A program made the position numbers and the translations under genes. From the NCBI GenBank assembly GCA_964255285.1, contig CAXUUL010000045.1:1-47626 (forward strand): DNA of 47,626 nt, read 5' to 3'. Positions 1-11,464 of this stretch are shown here, piece after piece. The notes beneath the pieces were generated by a model. It was given only the letters and a program-made list of their open reading frames with translations. It made no database searches and was not told the DNA's origin. Within the stretch, counting starts at the first letter, position 1; each line of letters starts with the position of its first letter. Source of the stretch: Ionaspis alba. Its lineage: Eukaryota.

Positions 1-305
1 GGCGGGGCACAGTATGTTTTGGCGAGAAATGCTGGCGAGACCGGAAGCATGCACTTTCCCCTGGCATGGCCACCCTGCAATCTGCTCCCACAAACAAACT
101 GGGACTTCGAGAATATCAATCAAATGCTCAAGCCTTGAGCTCGAGCAGTTACGCATGCTCATGACTTCGGATTATCGGTCAGTTGTGCAGGAGGCTGGGA
201 GAGCGAGCATTTGAATCCGATTATTCTACTGACAGTATTACAGACCCTGATTCTCTCTCTCCAACTCTCGTTCTCGACTCTAACTCTCGTAGCCTGTCAG
301 CAGTG

Positions 306-851
306 ATGGTTTATTCCCTAGGGTGTCCGTCAACAGCATTGTCGGGCTCGACGCTTCAAGAATCGATCCCTCGACCCTCAGATAGTGTTACGAACAAGAG
401 TAATCCATCAGCGACAGCAAACTTGGACATCATTCCGGCCACGGAGCTCGAAGCTCTTTTTCGAAGCCGCCGCATGGATGACGCCGCTGAACACCTTCGA
501 TTTGTCCACCGCACCCTCGATAGCACCATTCAACGGTATGTTGCTGCACTAAACGCCGCAGCCGCACGTCATGAAACAGACTGGGTGGAACAGAGAAAGC
601 AGAAAGATCTAAATGCCCAAGTGAGGAAGGAAGAGAAAATATCGAAGCGGAGACTTGCCAACAAGGCTCGGAAATCCAAAAAGAAACTTCGGAAGCAGAA
701 AGCTAGGCAGGAGGAAGAGGATAACAAGCGGGCCGAGCTATGTAACAAGCTCGAGGAGACTACGCCGGACCCAGAAGACCGCATCATCACATGGGCATCA
801 GCCATTACCCTCGACGCTGATCCATACATCGCTTCCGAGTTACGCGAGTGA
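306..851 (+). CDS. Hypothetical protein with a Lys/Arg-rich coiled-coil segment; 5' end uncertain
   Basis: Frame open 183-851, first ATG at 306. It encodes a helical, basic stretch (KISKRRLANKARKSKKKLRKQKARQEEE). No family recognised. Confidence 0.35.
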   Translation: MVYSLGCPSTALSGSTLQESIPRPSDSVTNKSNPSATANLDIIPATELEALFRSRRMDDAAEHLRFVHRTLDSTIQRYVAALNAAAARHETDWVEQRKQKDLNAQVRKEEKISKRRLANKARKSKKKLRKQKARQEEEDNKRAELCNKLEETTPDPEDRIITWASAITLDADPYIASELRE

Positions 852-1294
852 CGTTGACTTCCATCACTCTCTGCTTGAACACGGTGGAACGGGAAATCCA
901 GGCTTTTTGGGTCTGTCTTCTAGCTTCTTCTCGATTTTTCTCCGTGAGACAATGCTGACGAGGCTTGCAGACCGTGGCATCCCATTTAATTGGTTTCCTA
1001 AAGCTGGCTCACCACCAGAACTGGCTCTATTGGGTGGTCTGGCACTAGCCACCTCCACATTTCTCTCATCACTAGCATTCATAGCTTTTCCGGTCTTGAA
1101 ACCGGTCATTGCTAACAACCTTCCCGTATCCCTTTCATATCATCCGACAGCTAGAAGCATTTGGTACCGGTTGTCAGTCAGATATTTCGGTCGCGGTCTA
1201 GATAGATTGCTGAGTACAGGGCTATCGAAAGGCGTGCATAGCATCCAAAACATCGTGCCCTAGCCGGAGTCCATATCCCGCGCCATGGCGTGTA

Positions 1295-2490
1295 TTACAA
1301 GATGAATATCAATCCAATAACCAAGACTACCATGCACAATTCCCTGAGCCACCCGTACCCTCCCCGCCCGCTCCAAGCCCCCGAAGCAGACGGATTGCTC
1401 AAAACCTCAGGAAAGCCAACATTTTGGACCCCATCAATTTGACAAACGATCTCGCACGCCTTTCCGCTCTTTGCGCCAGCCATGCTAGTAGTGTTATATG
1501 CCATCTCAACCCACTCAACATCCATCTCTGCCATCCCGCCCTCGCTCATGTTGCCGCTCCAACTACCCCCATTGCTCCACAAATTCATCACAAAATGACT
1601 CCCCACCTTCGGTATCCCGTACGTCTTCTCCGCAACCTTCACCCCATTGACGCTCCACACCGAGTGGCCCTCCAACCAATCCAGCCTCCATTCCACCCAT
1701 TCCGTCCAGCTACTATTTCCTGCACCCCCTGAGGCGGCGACTCGCTCTGTGGTGCTGGCTCCTACGACAACGTTGCCGGCTGCGTCAACACCCGGTTGGT
1801 TTGTAGCGCGGAAGACAGAGCCATCGTCACGGGTCAGGATCTCGATGTCGCTCTCGTTATTGTCGTCAGAGTATGTGAAGAGGCCGGCGACAGCGCCGGG
1901 GTCGCCGGCGATACGAGTTCGCATCCGGATGGAAGCGTAGAAGATATCCGTGATTGCAGACTCAAGCTCGGCGGTGGATTGAAAGGTTGGTAGACGAATG
2001 GTGCGAAGGGTGAGATGAGTGGGTGACGTGGTGCTGTCGCGGACTAAATGGGCGTCAAGTGGTAGAAGTGTTGAACGGACGGCGCCGGTATGTAATTGGT
2101 GCTGCAAGGAGAGGACTTACGGATGAAGAGATTCTGTGGGGAATTGGCCGTTGCAACGGCAGCCACGTCTGAGGCCTCTCGGACCCAACTTTGCATGCTC
2201 CAATCCTTCGTGAACGGCGCCGTTGTGAAGAACGAGGAGGTTGGTGGCTCCGTACCATTACTTTGTCCCACAGTGACATTAGGCGGAGGCTCAAGATAGT
2301 TGTTCGAGTAGGTAAGTGGAATGTGTCGGAAGTCGTAGAAGCGGTAGTAGACGAAGTCGGAGGAGGCATCTCCAGAAGTTCGATAGCATGAGCATGTCGG
2401 CGAATTGTCTTTCTGCGCCAAGGTAGGAGCAGTGAATAGTGATGGGTGAAGCAAGACGAATGCTGATGCCAGTGATAACAATAAATACAT
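1295..2490 (-). CDS. GH16 glycoside hydrolase/transglycosylase, secreted and probably GPI-anchored; exons 2490-2121 and 2043-1295
   Basis: N-terminal signal peptide (MYLLLSLASAFVLL). Intron 2120-2044 (GTAAGT...TTGAC...TAG) joins the two ORFs in frame. GH16 catalytic motif ESDIE, plus GAVAGLFTY and NLWSNGGSWSG. Hydrophobic C-terminal tail after a small-residue omega-like region. Confidence 0.9.
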
Positions 2491-2918
2491 TATGATTTAA
2501 TTGATTCTAACAAAACATGTTGGGGCCGCATTAAAGTAGAGCAACATGGACCAGCAAAGCAAGAAAAAGAGGAGAAAGCTGCAAAAGAGAAAACCAGGAA
2601 GCAAACTGTATGTCTCATGAGACACACTACCTGTGAAGCAAAAGAGAGAAGCTTCAGAGCAATAACAATAATAATGACGCGATTCTATTCCTAATTCATG
2701 AAGGTTACAAAGGGCAGATGCCGCCACTACATAAAAGGTTCGCCATTATTACCACATCGGGCAAAACCTTAAATCTATTCCTAGTTCTGCCGCACTACTG
2801 ATATTTATTTCATGCACCCATTATGCGCGTGGATGCATGCTTCGGGAAGTAGTTCAGCGTTGACTCAAAGTTTTCTTTGGAGGTTCCAATAACATTGGGA
2901 ATTTCCAACCGCTGAAGC

Positions 2919-3128
2919 TGCTTACTACGCAGCTGTCGTTGGCATTAATTCTTTATTGCAGTTAAGTTTTAATNNNNNNNNNNNNNNNNNNNNNNNNNNN
3001 NNNNNNNNNNNNNNNNNNNNNNNNNNNNNNNNNNNNNNNNNNNNNNNNNNNNNNNNNNNNNNNNNNNNNNNNNTGCTTACTACGCAGCTGTCGTTGGCAT
3101 TAATTCTTTATTGCAGTTAAGTTTTAAT
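2919..3128. other. Scaffold gap (100 N, 2974-3073) flanked by an exact 55-bp direct duplication (2919-2973 = 3074-3128)
   Basis: TGCTTACTACGCAGCTGTCG...GTTAAGTTTTAAT is read identically on both sides of the Ns. 55 nt matches a common de Bruijn k-mer size. Confidence 0.95.
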
Positions 3129-3612
3129 TCCCATGCTTTGATTTCGTATCCCATCCCAGTGGACGGTAGATATAGGCGGTGTGGTTATTGGCTAAAGTAA
3201 CGCGTGTAAAGCTGGAGTCGCAACGGGATGGTGGAACACAGGAAGCTTGATAACCTCAATAGCAGTGAGTAGTCTAGTAGCGGTCATGCATTTACTTCTG
3301 ATATAGTTTGGATCATTGAACAGCTGCGATATCATGGTTGAAGTATTAGGACCGGGAACTAGATACATGAAAGAATAGAAATGACGCCAGACAGAGCCAC
3401 TGACCAAACGCCCAGATTCACCGTGAGCAACGCCGTTGGCAATCGCAGTAACGAGCAACCCATCCAATTGATCCCGACAACTGCTGATGGAGTATCGAAG
3501 AGCGTATATGACAGCAAAGATTTTGGGAAAAAAGTAAACGGAAATAATATTGCCAGTGGGGATATTTGCAGTGGCTGTGATACCTGACAAAGATCGTTGG
3601 ACGTTGAGATGT

Positions 3613-6600
3613 TCAAGACACAATCCTAGCTGTGCTTGGACGCATGATGTCGTCTGTCGGTGACTTGTGCAATGGCTCAATTGGGTGTTGACCGACATCC
3701 GAGCCTCTCTCACTCTCATCATCGCCTTGCACGATCTTTAGGGCATGGCTAGGCTGTGCGTAGCCCATGCTCGTGCGATCAGGCGTGGTGCTCAAGCTAT
3801 TGATGCTCATTGACGTGCTTGACCTGTTGTGCTCAAGGTCTGGAGTGGGAGGAATGCTAGAGTGTTTGTAGTCTGGGCTGAGATAACTCGACTCGTCATA
3901 TCCGGTCTCAGAAGCGCCCTCACCAACCTCGCTACCATCGGTGCGAAGCGATTGAAGACCATCCTCCGAGGGCGTAGGATGATGGCTGCTCTGCTGGGCA
4001 TGTTTGGCCATCTCCTCTTCCTGTTCGGCATTGTGAGCGAGCTGAAGGCCCTCGACAGCAGCCGCACATTGTTCGGAGATATTGCGGATGATGTTAGCAA
4101 TCGCGTCAGTCTTGTCGCGAAGATGTCTATCAGCAACGTCAACCATGCTGAGAGCGCTGAAACGTTTGGCTTTCTCATCCGCGGGAGAGCCAAAGAATCG
4201 GCTTTCCATCTCAGGTGTGACCTTCTCACCGTCGAAAGCCTTGCCGTCCAAGCTGCTGACGGGGCTGAAAGAGCGACGAGATCTCCTCGAAGACATCCTT
4301 AGGCTTGCGAGGGACCTGCTGGAGGTCAGACGGGCTGGCTCTTTCGTGCGTTCGCTGCCCGCAACGGAGTGGCCATCATCTTGCTCTTCTGGTGCATCTT
4401 CGAATCCTTCTTCAATATAGCCGTCTAGCTCAGGCGCTTTGTTGAGAGAACGAACGATGTGTTCCATGTGGTGAGTTTGGCCACTGATCAGACTGCGAAG
4501 GTGAACCACCACTCGCTGAGCTTCCTCGCGCTGCCGTATGATGTTCTTGTTAGTGTGCTGCAGAGCAGAAAGCTCTTTCTTGTTTCGTTTCCGTTCCCGT
4601 TCAAGCTCTTCCGCGATCTCTTGTTGAAGAACCAGTGCCTCTAGAGCGTCGTCACGCTGCTTCTCAGTGCCAGAGAGGCGGATAGTAAGACGGGCGGCAT
4701 CATCCTTCTGTTGGTCAATGAGAACAACGAGACGGCGATTCTCGCGCTTGTGAGATTCAATCTTGACTTTGAGATCTTGTGTTTCTTTCGTGAGCTGCTC
4801 TGCGAAGGCTTGGAATTTGAGGAACTGCCAGTTTATTAGCTCATTTACTGGTTGATGAGTTGTGAATCTTTACCTGTTGTTTCCAGCTTTCGAGCTCTTC
4901 GACAAGGAAGTTGTTCCTCTTTGAGATCTTTGAGACTTCGGTATCCATCCTGCCCTTGAGGTTGATGTAGTCTTGCCATGCTTCAATGGTATCACGGGAG
5001 TATTGGTTGCGCTCGCGAACGATTTCATTGAGGTGGCGCATAGAGACCTTGGTCATCAATGGTTTCTTGACAGCACCTCCAAAAAGCGCCTTGACACCGG
5101 TGTTGCGGCCCTGAAATCGTCAGCATAGATGCTCGGATGGATTTCCGCTTGAGCTTCGACTTACGAGCTTCTCGCAGACATGATCCATAACTGTCATGAC
5201 ATTGTCTTGATTCCACCATTCTGGGTCTTGGATGCTTTCGACCTCGCCTCGCATAACAATGATCTGTCCGGCAGGGATGAGCTTGCCACCTCCATACGCT
5301 GATCGAAGGTGGTTGGGAACGCCAGTAGGCGTAACGTCTCCACTGAGAGCCTGAGTCAATCTACTGATCATCTTTGTCCTTTGCCCAGCCGAGAGAGATG
5401 TAGGTGGGCTGGATGTGAGGACGAAGTTCCGATCTAGATCAATTACCAATGCATCGTTGGGAGCGGTGAACAACGTGCGACATTCCGCAGTCACACCCAT
5501 AATGTAAGGCCCTGGCTCCTGAACCAGTTCCTTGACATGGCGGGCATGAACAATGGGTTCGTAGAGACCGCTCCATTCGTAGACGCGAACACAATATCTG
5601 ACCGTCTCGGCAGCGATAGTGAGCATGGCCGGGTAGTGGCTGACGAAGATGATGCGGCGAGTCGGGGAGACTGCAGCTTCGATGACGCCGACGATGTTGG
5701 GAATAGACAAGCAAGTGAACAGCGGCCACATGGAGAAATTTTGGAACCCGGTTGGAGAGGAAGGGAACTGATAGCACAGAGCATAGTCTTTCATGTCGAT
5801 GCGTACCAGGTCATTGAGTCTAGGAGCAGGGAAGCTCAGGATGCGTGAGACTTCCTCGGCATGGAAGAGATTGGTAGCTTTGTTCCAGTGAATCCACATT
5901 CCCCTTAGGTAGTCGCCAAGAAGGTCGTACAACGGATATCTGGAGAGAAAGCTCAGGCAGTAAGGTATCCAGTAGGTTTCGTCGGTGGAATCGTAAAAGT
6001 CGGTCTCCGTCCTCTTCCTGAGGTCCCGAATGGTTTCGGCACGTTTCTCGTCTGCGCGCGACCAGACTCGGAGAGCAATTCCGTAGAGGGTGTGGGAAGA
6101 GTCTTGTTGCAGGACGAAGGAATGGTGAACACAGTGCGGCTGGCTTCGGCCAGTGCAGATCTCGACATCATGAGGGAAACATGCCTAGGCACTGTCAGCT
6201 ACGTATTTCAAACAAGTATCAAGTGCCTTAAATCGTACTCTCATAGCGGCGTGGAGGGCTCGTGCAATCTCGTTGTCCTGCTCCAATCTCGGACTGCTGC
6301 CCAAGATTTCGGGAAGCCAGAACTGGCTTACAGCCCCCTTCATGTGGCCAATCTTGCCCTGAGCGGGTGGGGGAGCTTTGACCCATTGCGATGGTTCTCG
6401 ACCCACGCCGCATACCATGTAGGCATGAGTCAACGTCTTGGGGGTTCGCTGAGCCGGCTTGATGTTAAGGGTAGATGGGATCGGCTGGGTGATTCTGGAA
6501 TGGAGGGAGGAGGTACGGCTGGGAATAGCGAGCGAATGGTCGCCCTGATCGCGAGTGGAAGGTCTGTCGCGCGTAGCGGGCCGGACGAAGACTGAGTGAT

Positions 6601-6619
6601 CACGGAGAGAAGGACCCAT
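3613..6619 (-). CDS. DENN (AEX-3) domain protein, putative Rab GEF, with a C-terminal coiled coil; 4 coding exons
   Basis: Introns 6238-6185, 5164-5111 and 4873-4825 are all GT..AG with branch points and give one continuous frame. DENN-type motifs: ACFPHDVEIC, HSFVLQ..TLYGIAL, YWIPYCLSFLSRYP, RRIIFVSH, EPGPYIMGV, VIDLD. Confidence 0.88.
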
Positions 6620-6738
6620 CGTGATTGAGGTTGCTCAAGACGCGTATTTCCGAATCCGGAGTCTCCCGTATACGCTCACAAACTCCTGGGGAATTATTCG
6701 GCGTTCAACGCCACGAGTGCTGTCGAACCAACAGCAAT

Positions 6739-6850
6739 CTGAAATCAGGAGAGATTTTGCATCAGTATCTATTTGGATGCCAAGGGAAAATACAGCTCTT
6801 TGGACAATTGCATACCCTTGGACTGACTTGATATTCAGCAATGCACTCAC
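6739..6850 (-). other. Probable 5'-UTR intron of the DENN gene
   Basis: On the minus strand: GTGAGT donor at 6850, ACTGAT/CCTGAT branch candidates and a TTTCAG acceptor at 6739, all upstream of the ATG at 6619. Confidence 0.55.
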
Positions 6851-8916
6851 ACTTCGTCACTCAGTGTAACAGTAGTCATTCAAGTAGCGAAAGGGAGTAG
6901 TACGGACAGCGAGGGAGAAAGAGAGAAGGTGAGAGAGTATAACAGTAGTACCAATGAGCGAAGATGGCCGGGAGAAAGCTGATTGATGAACGAGATGCTA
7001 GGGTGAGCTAGGAAAGGATGAGGACTGGCCGTCGTATGGCTTGAGCTTTGGTTGCGAAAGACTAGAGACGCGCCTTGCTGCATTCAACCCACGCCATGCA
7101 TGTATCGTACATATGTACGGTACACTCACTTTTGGTGGTATCTGGCGGTAAAGTTACAGGGCCAGGATGCCTGTTGCAGCATAGCGGGCAACCATTGGCT
7201 CATCGATGGCGATTGGCGAGATCCCCATTTGGCAGACTGGGGAGCCCTAGTCAAGTTCGGCAATGATGTGCGACGGGGAGCCTCTCCTTTGGACTACGAG
7301 TAGGCGTCGTATCCCCGGCTGGCTTGACTATGAAGGAATCTCGAAGGAGCCGCACCAAGCTGAGGGTGTTGGTTCCCCGGAGTAGTGTGGGTTCCATGAT
7401 TTGGAACATGCCATCATCATCATCATTGTCCCTGTTTAGAAAAATTCTGTTTTCCTCCACTATGCATCAATTGACGGTTGAGAAAGGTAAAGGCGACAAA
7501 GCTTTGAAGACGACATATGTAATGCGATGCACCACAACACAACAGCAGCACCGGTAGCGACTGCCACGCAGGCTCAACTGTTCATCGAGCTTGCATCGAC
7601 GAGCACGTAACGAGCACGTACGAGGATGCGCAGTGTCACCTGTGCACGCAGAAGCAGCTGGGTGGAGAACGGGAGTGGGGCTGATTGGCTGCCGGCAGGA
7701 ATTAGACTTCCGCCATCAAGGCTAGCCGCCATGTGCACCCAATCACACGGGTCGCGGTCCTTCTCGGGATCTCCTGTTGCAGCACCGAAGGGCAGCTGGA
7801 TCTTGAAACTCTAAAACCCTTTTGGACTCAAGCCCAAAGCCACTTTTGCCTCCAGCGTCTTCGACAGGACGGCAGAGAGAAAGAAAATGAATGGACGGAT
7901 CCTTAGTCTTGAACGGGTGATGTTTTCGAATCAATAATTAAGCTGACCTGTTTTCCGAGGGCGGGACAAACTCAATTCTTCTCGTGTTAAAGCTTCTAAT
8001 CGATACATACCCTCAAAGATAGCACTACTGCAGTAGTGATATGTGATAACGATGGATAAATTGCTGGCGGATTGCACTATAGTGGACCAAAAGCACACAC
8101 ATCCAGGCAGCTAATGTGGGGATCCCCGTTAATTTGACCTCGCCGTGATCACCGACGGCGTGTTTCACTCAGATTGCGGCCATCAAGCCTCTGGACCGTG
8201 CACCTGGGATTTTGGGGAAGTTGCTGCATAACGTACTGTAAGGATACGCAATACGGTACTCTATCAGGGAAAGGAAGTCTCCGAGAGTAGTATGACCCGC
8301 GAGTGGCTTTCTAGAAAACGACAAAGTGTTGTGAGGCACTTGGAGAATGATACTTCGCCAGTATGCATTGGAATGAAGCTGCTGCCATCCGACTTGCTTC
8401 GTCATTATGCCTTCTCCTCAATGCATGTTGGTGCATATCTTGTGCTATGAACATCGATGCAGAGCACGACCACATGATTCGAGTCTCATAGATCCAAGCA
8501 GGCTGCCAATTATCGGGCCTTTCCCATGGCAAAATGGACATGTCGCAGCACAACAACAAGAGTGATAATAGGAGGTACAATAGACTTTTTCATCCCTCGC
8601 TTGTCAAAGTTTGCGGACGAGGATAACCTTTCCACTTGTTCCCCATCGGGTCAGGCTCCAATCTCCCACGCTCTGGGCGCTCCTGTATGTCCTGCTAGCT
8701 TCTCTTAGCGCAAGATCGCTTATCCCTACCCCTGACCGGCAACGAAGAGCCAGTCCCCCATGGCCCCTCCGGGAATCGGGCCTCAACTCCTTCCGTTGTG
8801 CAACTTATCGATTACGGCTCTTGGCGTCTCTTCCCCCCCAACCCCCCCAACGTCACGACACAGAGTTGCACGGACAGCACATGACGACCATGATTGCTGT
8901 TTGACAATTCCCCAGC

Positions 8917-10097
8917 ATGTCCAATCACAGCGATCCTCTCCTGAATGACCTGTGCGGTGTCTGGTACGCACTCTTCGTTCCATCTTCCTTGGTCAAGCAA
9001 CTCTATGTGATGCTGACCCCATCATCAGCCACAAGGCCCCCAAGTATCGTTGTCCAGGCTGCCAGGCACGAATCTGTTCCCTCACGTGCTCCAAGCGCCA
9101 CAAGGAACGGTCAGGATGTACAGGAGTACGGAATCCAGGAGCATTCTTGAAGAGGAGCCAACTGGCCACACCAAGTGGTATAGATCGGGACTACAATTTT
9201 CTGTCTGGTATTGAAAGAAAGCTCGAGAGTGCTGGTCGAGATGCCACCTCAAGGGGTATACCCGTCGGCCAGACTGACCAGCTTCGTCAGAGGAACGGAC
9301 CAGGCAGGGGCGAAGTAAATCTTCGTAAGGCAGTCGAGGCGTGCGGTGTCGTTATCCACCGGGCACCACAAGGGATAAAGAGAAGCAGAGAAAACAATAC
9401 CAGCTGGAACAAAAAGTACGACGACCACCTGAAGCTTTTGCTTTATTCGAGCTGATCCAAAGACAGACACAAGTGCATTTCATGGACTGTAGAATGGCTC
9501 TGTCCTAGCGAGACGGAACTCGGCAGAGAACTCAGTACCGTCTTGGAAACACAAGTGATAGCAGAAGTCTATGAACAGCGGATACGGCAGGGCCAGTACG
9601 TGTTGGCTGATGGAATGAATTTGAACTCCAAAGGAAGCCAATCTCGAAGCCCGTTCTTTACCTTGACCACTGTAGAGAACTACATCAGAGGGCTTCCGAA
9701 TGCCGGCAGGAAACCGAGAAACCCCCACAAGTCATGCCGTGGACTCTTAGCTCCCAAGCTCGCAAATGAAAATGAGCCTGCTGGTTGGGAACCAATACCG
9801 CTCCCCAGCCTCTACTTCTATCTACATCTCCTAGACAACAGCATTTCGGGTGCCTCAGTGAGGTTGCTCCCTCTTTCCAATACCCTGACACTTTCCGAGG
9901 CATTGAAGGGTCGTACCATACGGGAATTTCCGACCATTTATGTGTTCAAGGAGGAACCTACAGGCTTTCCTGGTATGTACACAATCATAAGAGACTCTGC
10001 AGAGCCGGCGAGCCCTTCATCAGTCGTGGAGCTATCAAATGTAGGAGAAAAGAGGAAGAGAGAGCTCGACGACGATCACGCCAGCATTGATACCTGA
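8917..10097 (+). CDS. BCD1: HIT zinc-finger box C/D snoRNP assembly protein (Bcd1/ZNHIT6-like); 3 exons
   Basis: Introns 8964-9028 and 9416-9466. The spliced zf-HIT reads CGVCHKAPKYRCPGCQARICSLTCSKRHKERSGCTG. Bcd1 motifs DYNFL, SWTVEW and TLSEALKGRTIREFPTIYV are present. Confidence 0.88.
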
Positions 10098-10244
10098 CAT
10101 CCTGCTACCCCGGAGTGTTGACTAGCACGATGGCCTTACAATGAGCTTCTTACGCTACCGACATGGCCCATCGACCTTTGCCGCCTCTTGGCAAAGAATT
10201 ATATATCAATGTCTGGCTCATTGAATCAAGCTATGAGCGATCAC

Positions 10245-11464
10245 TCAAGCCATTTTCCCTAGCACATATGGATGGCCAGCACTCAAACCGCCACAGACCG
10301 CCCACGCCTGGCCGTTCACATAGCTCGCCTCATCACTTCCCAAGAATAACGCTACCCGCGCCACCTCGTCCGCGATTGCACCTCTTCCCATTGGATTGAT
10401 CTGCCCGATCTTCCCTTGCGTCCCCCGAGCACGCGCCGAGTCATACAGACCAGAGGTCATGCCCGTTTCGATGAGGCCTGGACAAATGGCGTTGCAACGA
10501 ATAGAGGTACCGGCGAGTTGGTAAGCGGCCGTTTGCATGATGGAGATGACGGCTGCTTTGGAGGCGGAGTAATCGGCTAGCGAGAGGGAAGAAGCAGATG
10601 GTCAGCTTGTACCGAGCAGATGCAGCAGAGAAGGTAGTTGGCCTAGGACACTTACTCCCTCCAGCATTGGAGCGGATACCAGCTACCGAGGCGGTAGCGA
10701 TGATGGAGCCGGAGGGGTAGGGCTTCTCGTCAGAGGTGACGAGCATAGCTTTGGAAGCATACTTGGTAGCAACAAATACACTATACCGTTCATCAGTATC
10801 TCTAGTGTCCACCCTGTTCCCTGAATCCCTGAACCTTCTCTTACCTCAAGACGTTCGTCTTCACCGTCCTCATAAACTCGTCTCCCTCGATATCGCCAAA
10901 CACTTTATTTACCCCCACCACTCCTGCGTTCGCGAACATGATGTCTAATCGTCCGTACTGCTGCATTGCTTCATCCACCACCGCCTTCATAGCTTCTTCA
11001 TCCGCGGCGTCAAATTCCCGGATGTGGACATCGACCGCGGGATAGAGCGATTGCAACTCGCGCTGGTGCGTGGCAAGGTGTGTAGGGTTGAAGTCGCAGA
11101 GGTAGATGGCGCGAGCACCGTTGTGGGCATACTGGTGGGCGGTGGCGCGGCCAATGCCAATTGGGGAATTTGTGCCTGCGTTGGGATAATCATGATTAGC
11201 ATTGACTTTTGATTTGGCACAAAAAATTGGGAAGCCCTACCGGTAATGATGGCAACTTTGCCTTTGACTCTCCTGTGAGACTCTTAGTCTTTGACACTCC
11301 TAAGAGCATGGGGAATGGTAGGAGCTGGAAGTCCCGTACGGTCCAGCCGAGTCAGGTGCTATCTGACGGATTTTGGGTATATTTTCGAAATTTCCCTGGT
11401 CCGCGGCGGGGGCCACAAGCTGTTCACTCAGCTGCTGCAGCCGGCGTTTTGGTACGGAGGTCAT
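10245..11464 (-). CDS. Classical short-chain dehydrogenase/reductase (FabG-like) with an N-terminal PTS2; 5 exons
   Basis: Introns 11339-11273, 11240-11176, 10844-10781 and 10655-10577. Motifs: GKVAIITGTNSPIGIG, GRLDIMFANAGV, catalytic YSASK, IRCNAICPGLIET and ASYVNGQ. Confidence 0.92.

Noticed and set aside
1..214. Open frames at the window edge (e.g. ...HFPLAWPPCNLLPQTNWDFENINQMLKP* ending at 138)
   Set aside because: All three + frames are briefly open with no recognisable motif, so they cannot be assigned without upstream sequence.
655..1263. 202-aa + ORF and antisense 84-aa ORF (864-1118)
   Set aside because: Non-ATG starts, overlap with the 306-851 ORF and the GH16 3' region, and no motifs.
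2919..3128. 55-bp direct repeat around the gap, resembling a target-site duplication or att sites of an inserted element
   Set aside because: It is an exact 55-mer touching both sides of a 100-N gap, the pattern left by k=55 de Bruijn scaffolding. The real sequence probably has one copy; long reads would confirm.
7600..8800. Several 60-97-aa ORFs in the DENN-BCD1 intergenic region
   Set aside because: No consistent exon structure or recognisable domain. A very decayed gene relic cannot be excluded.
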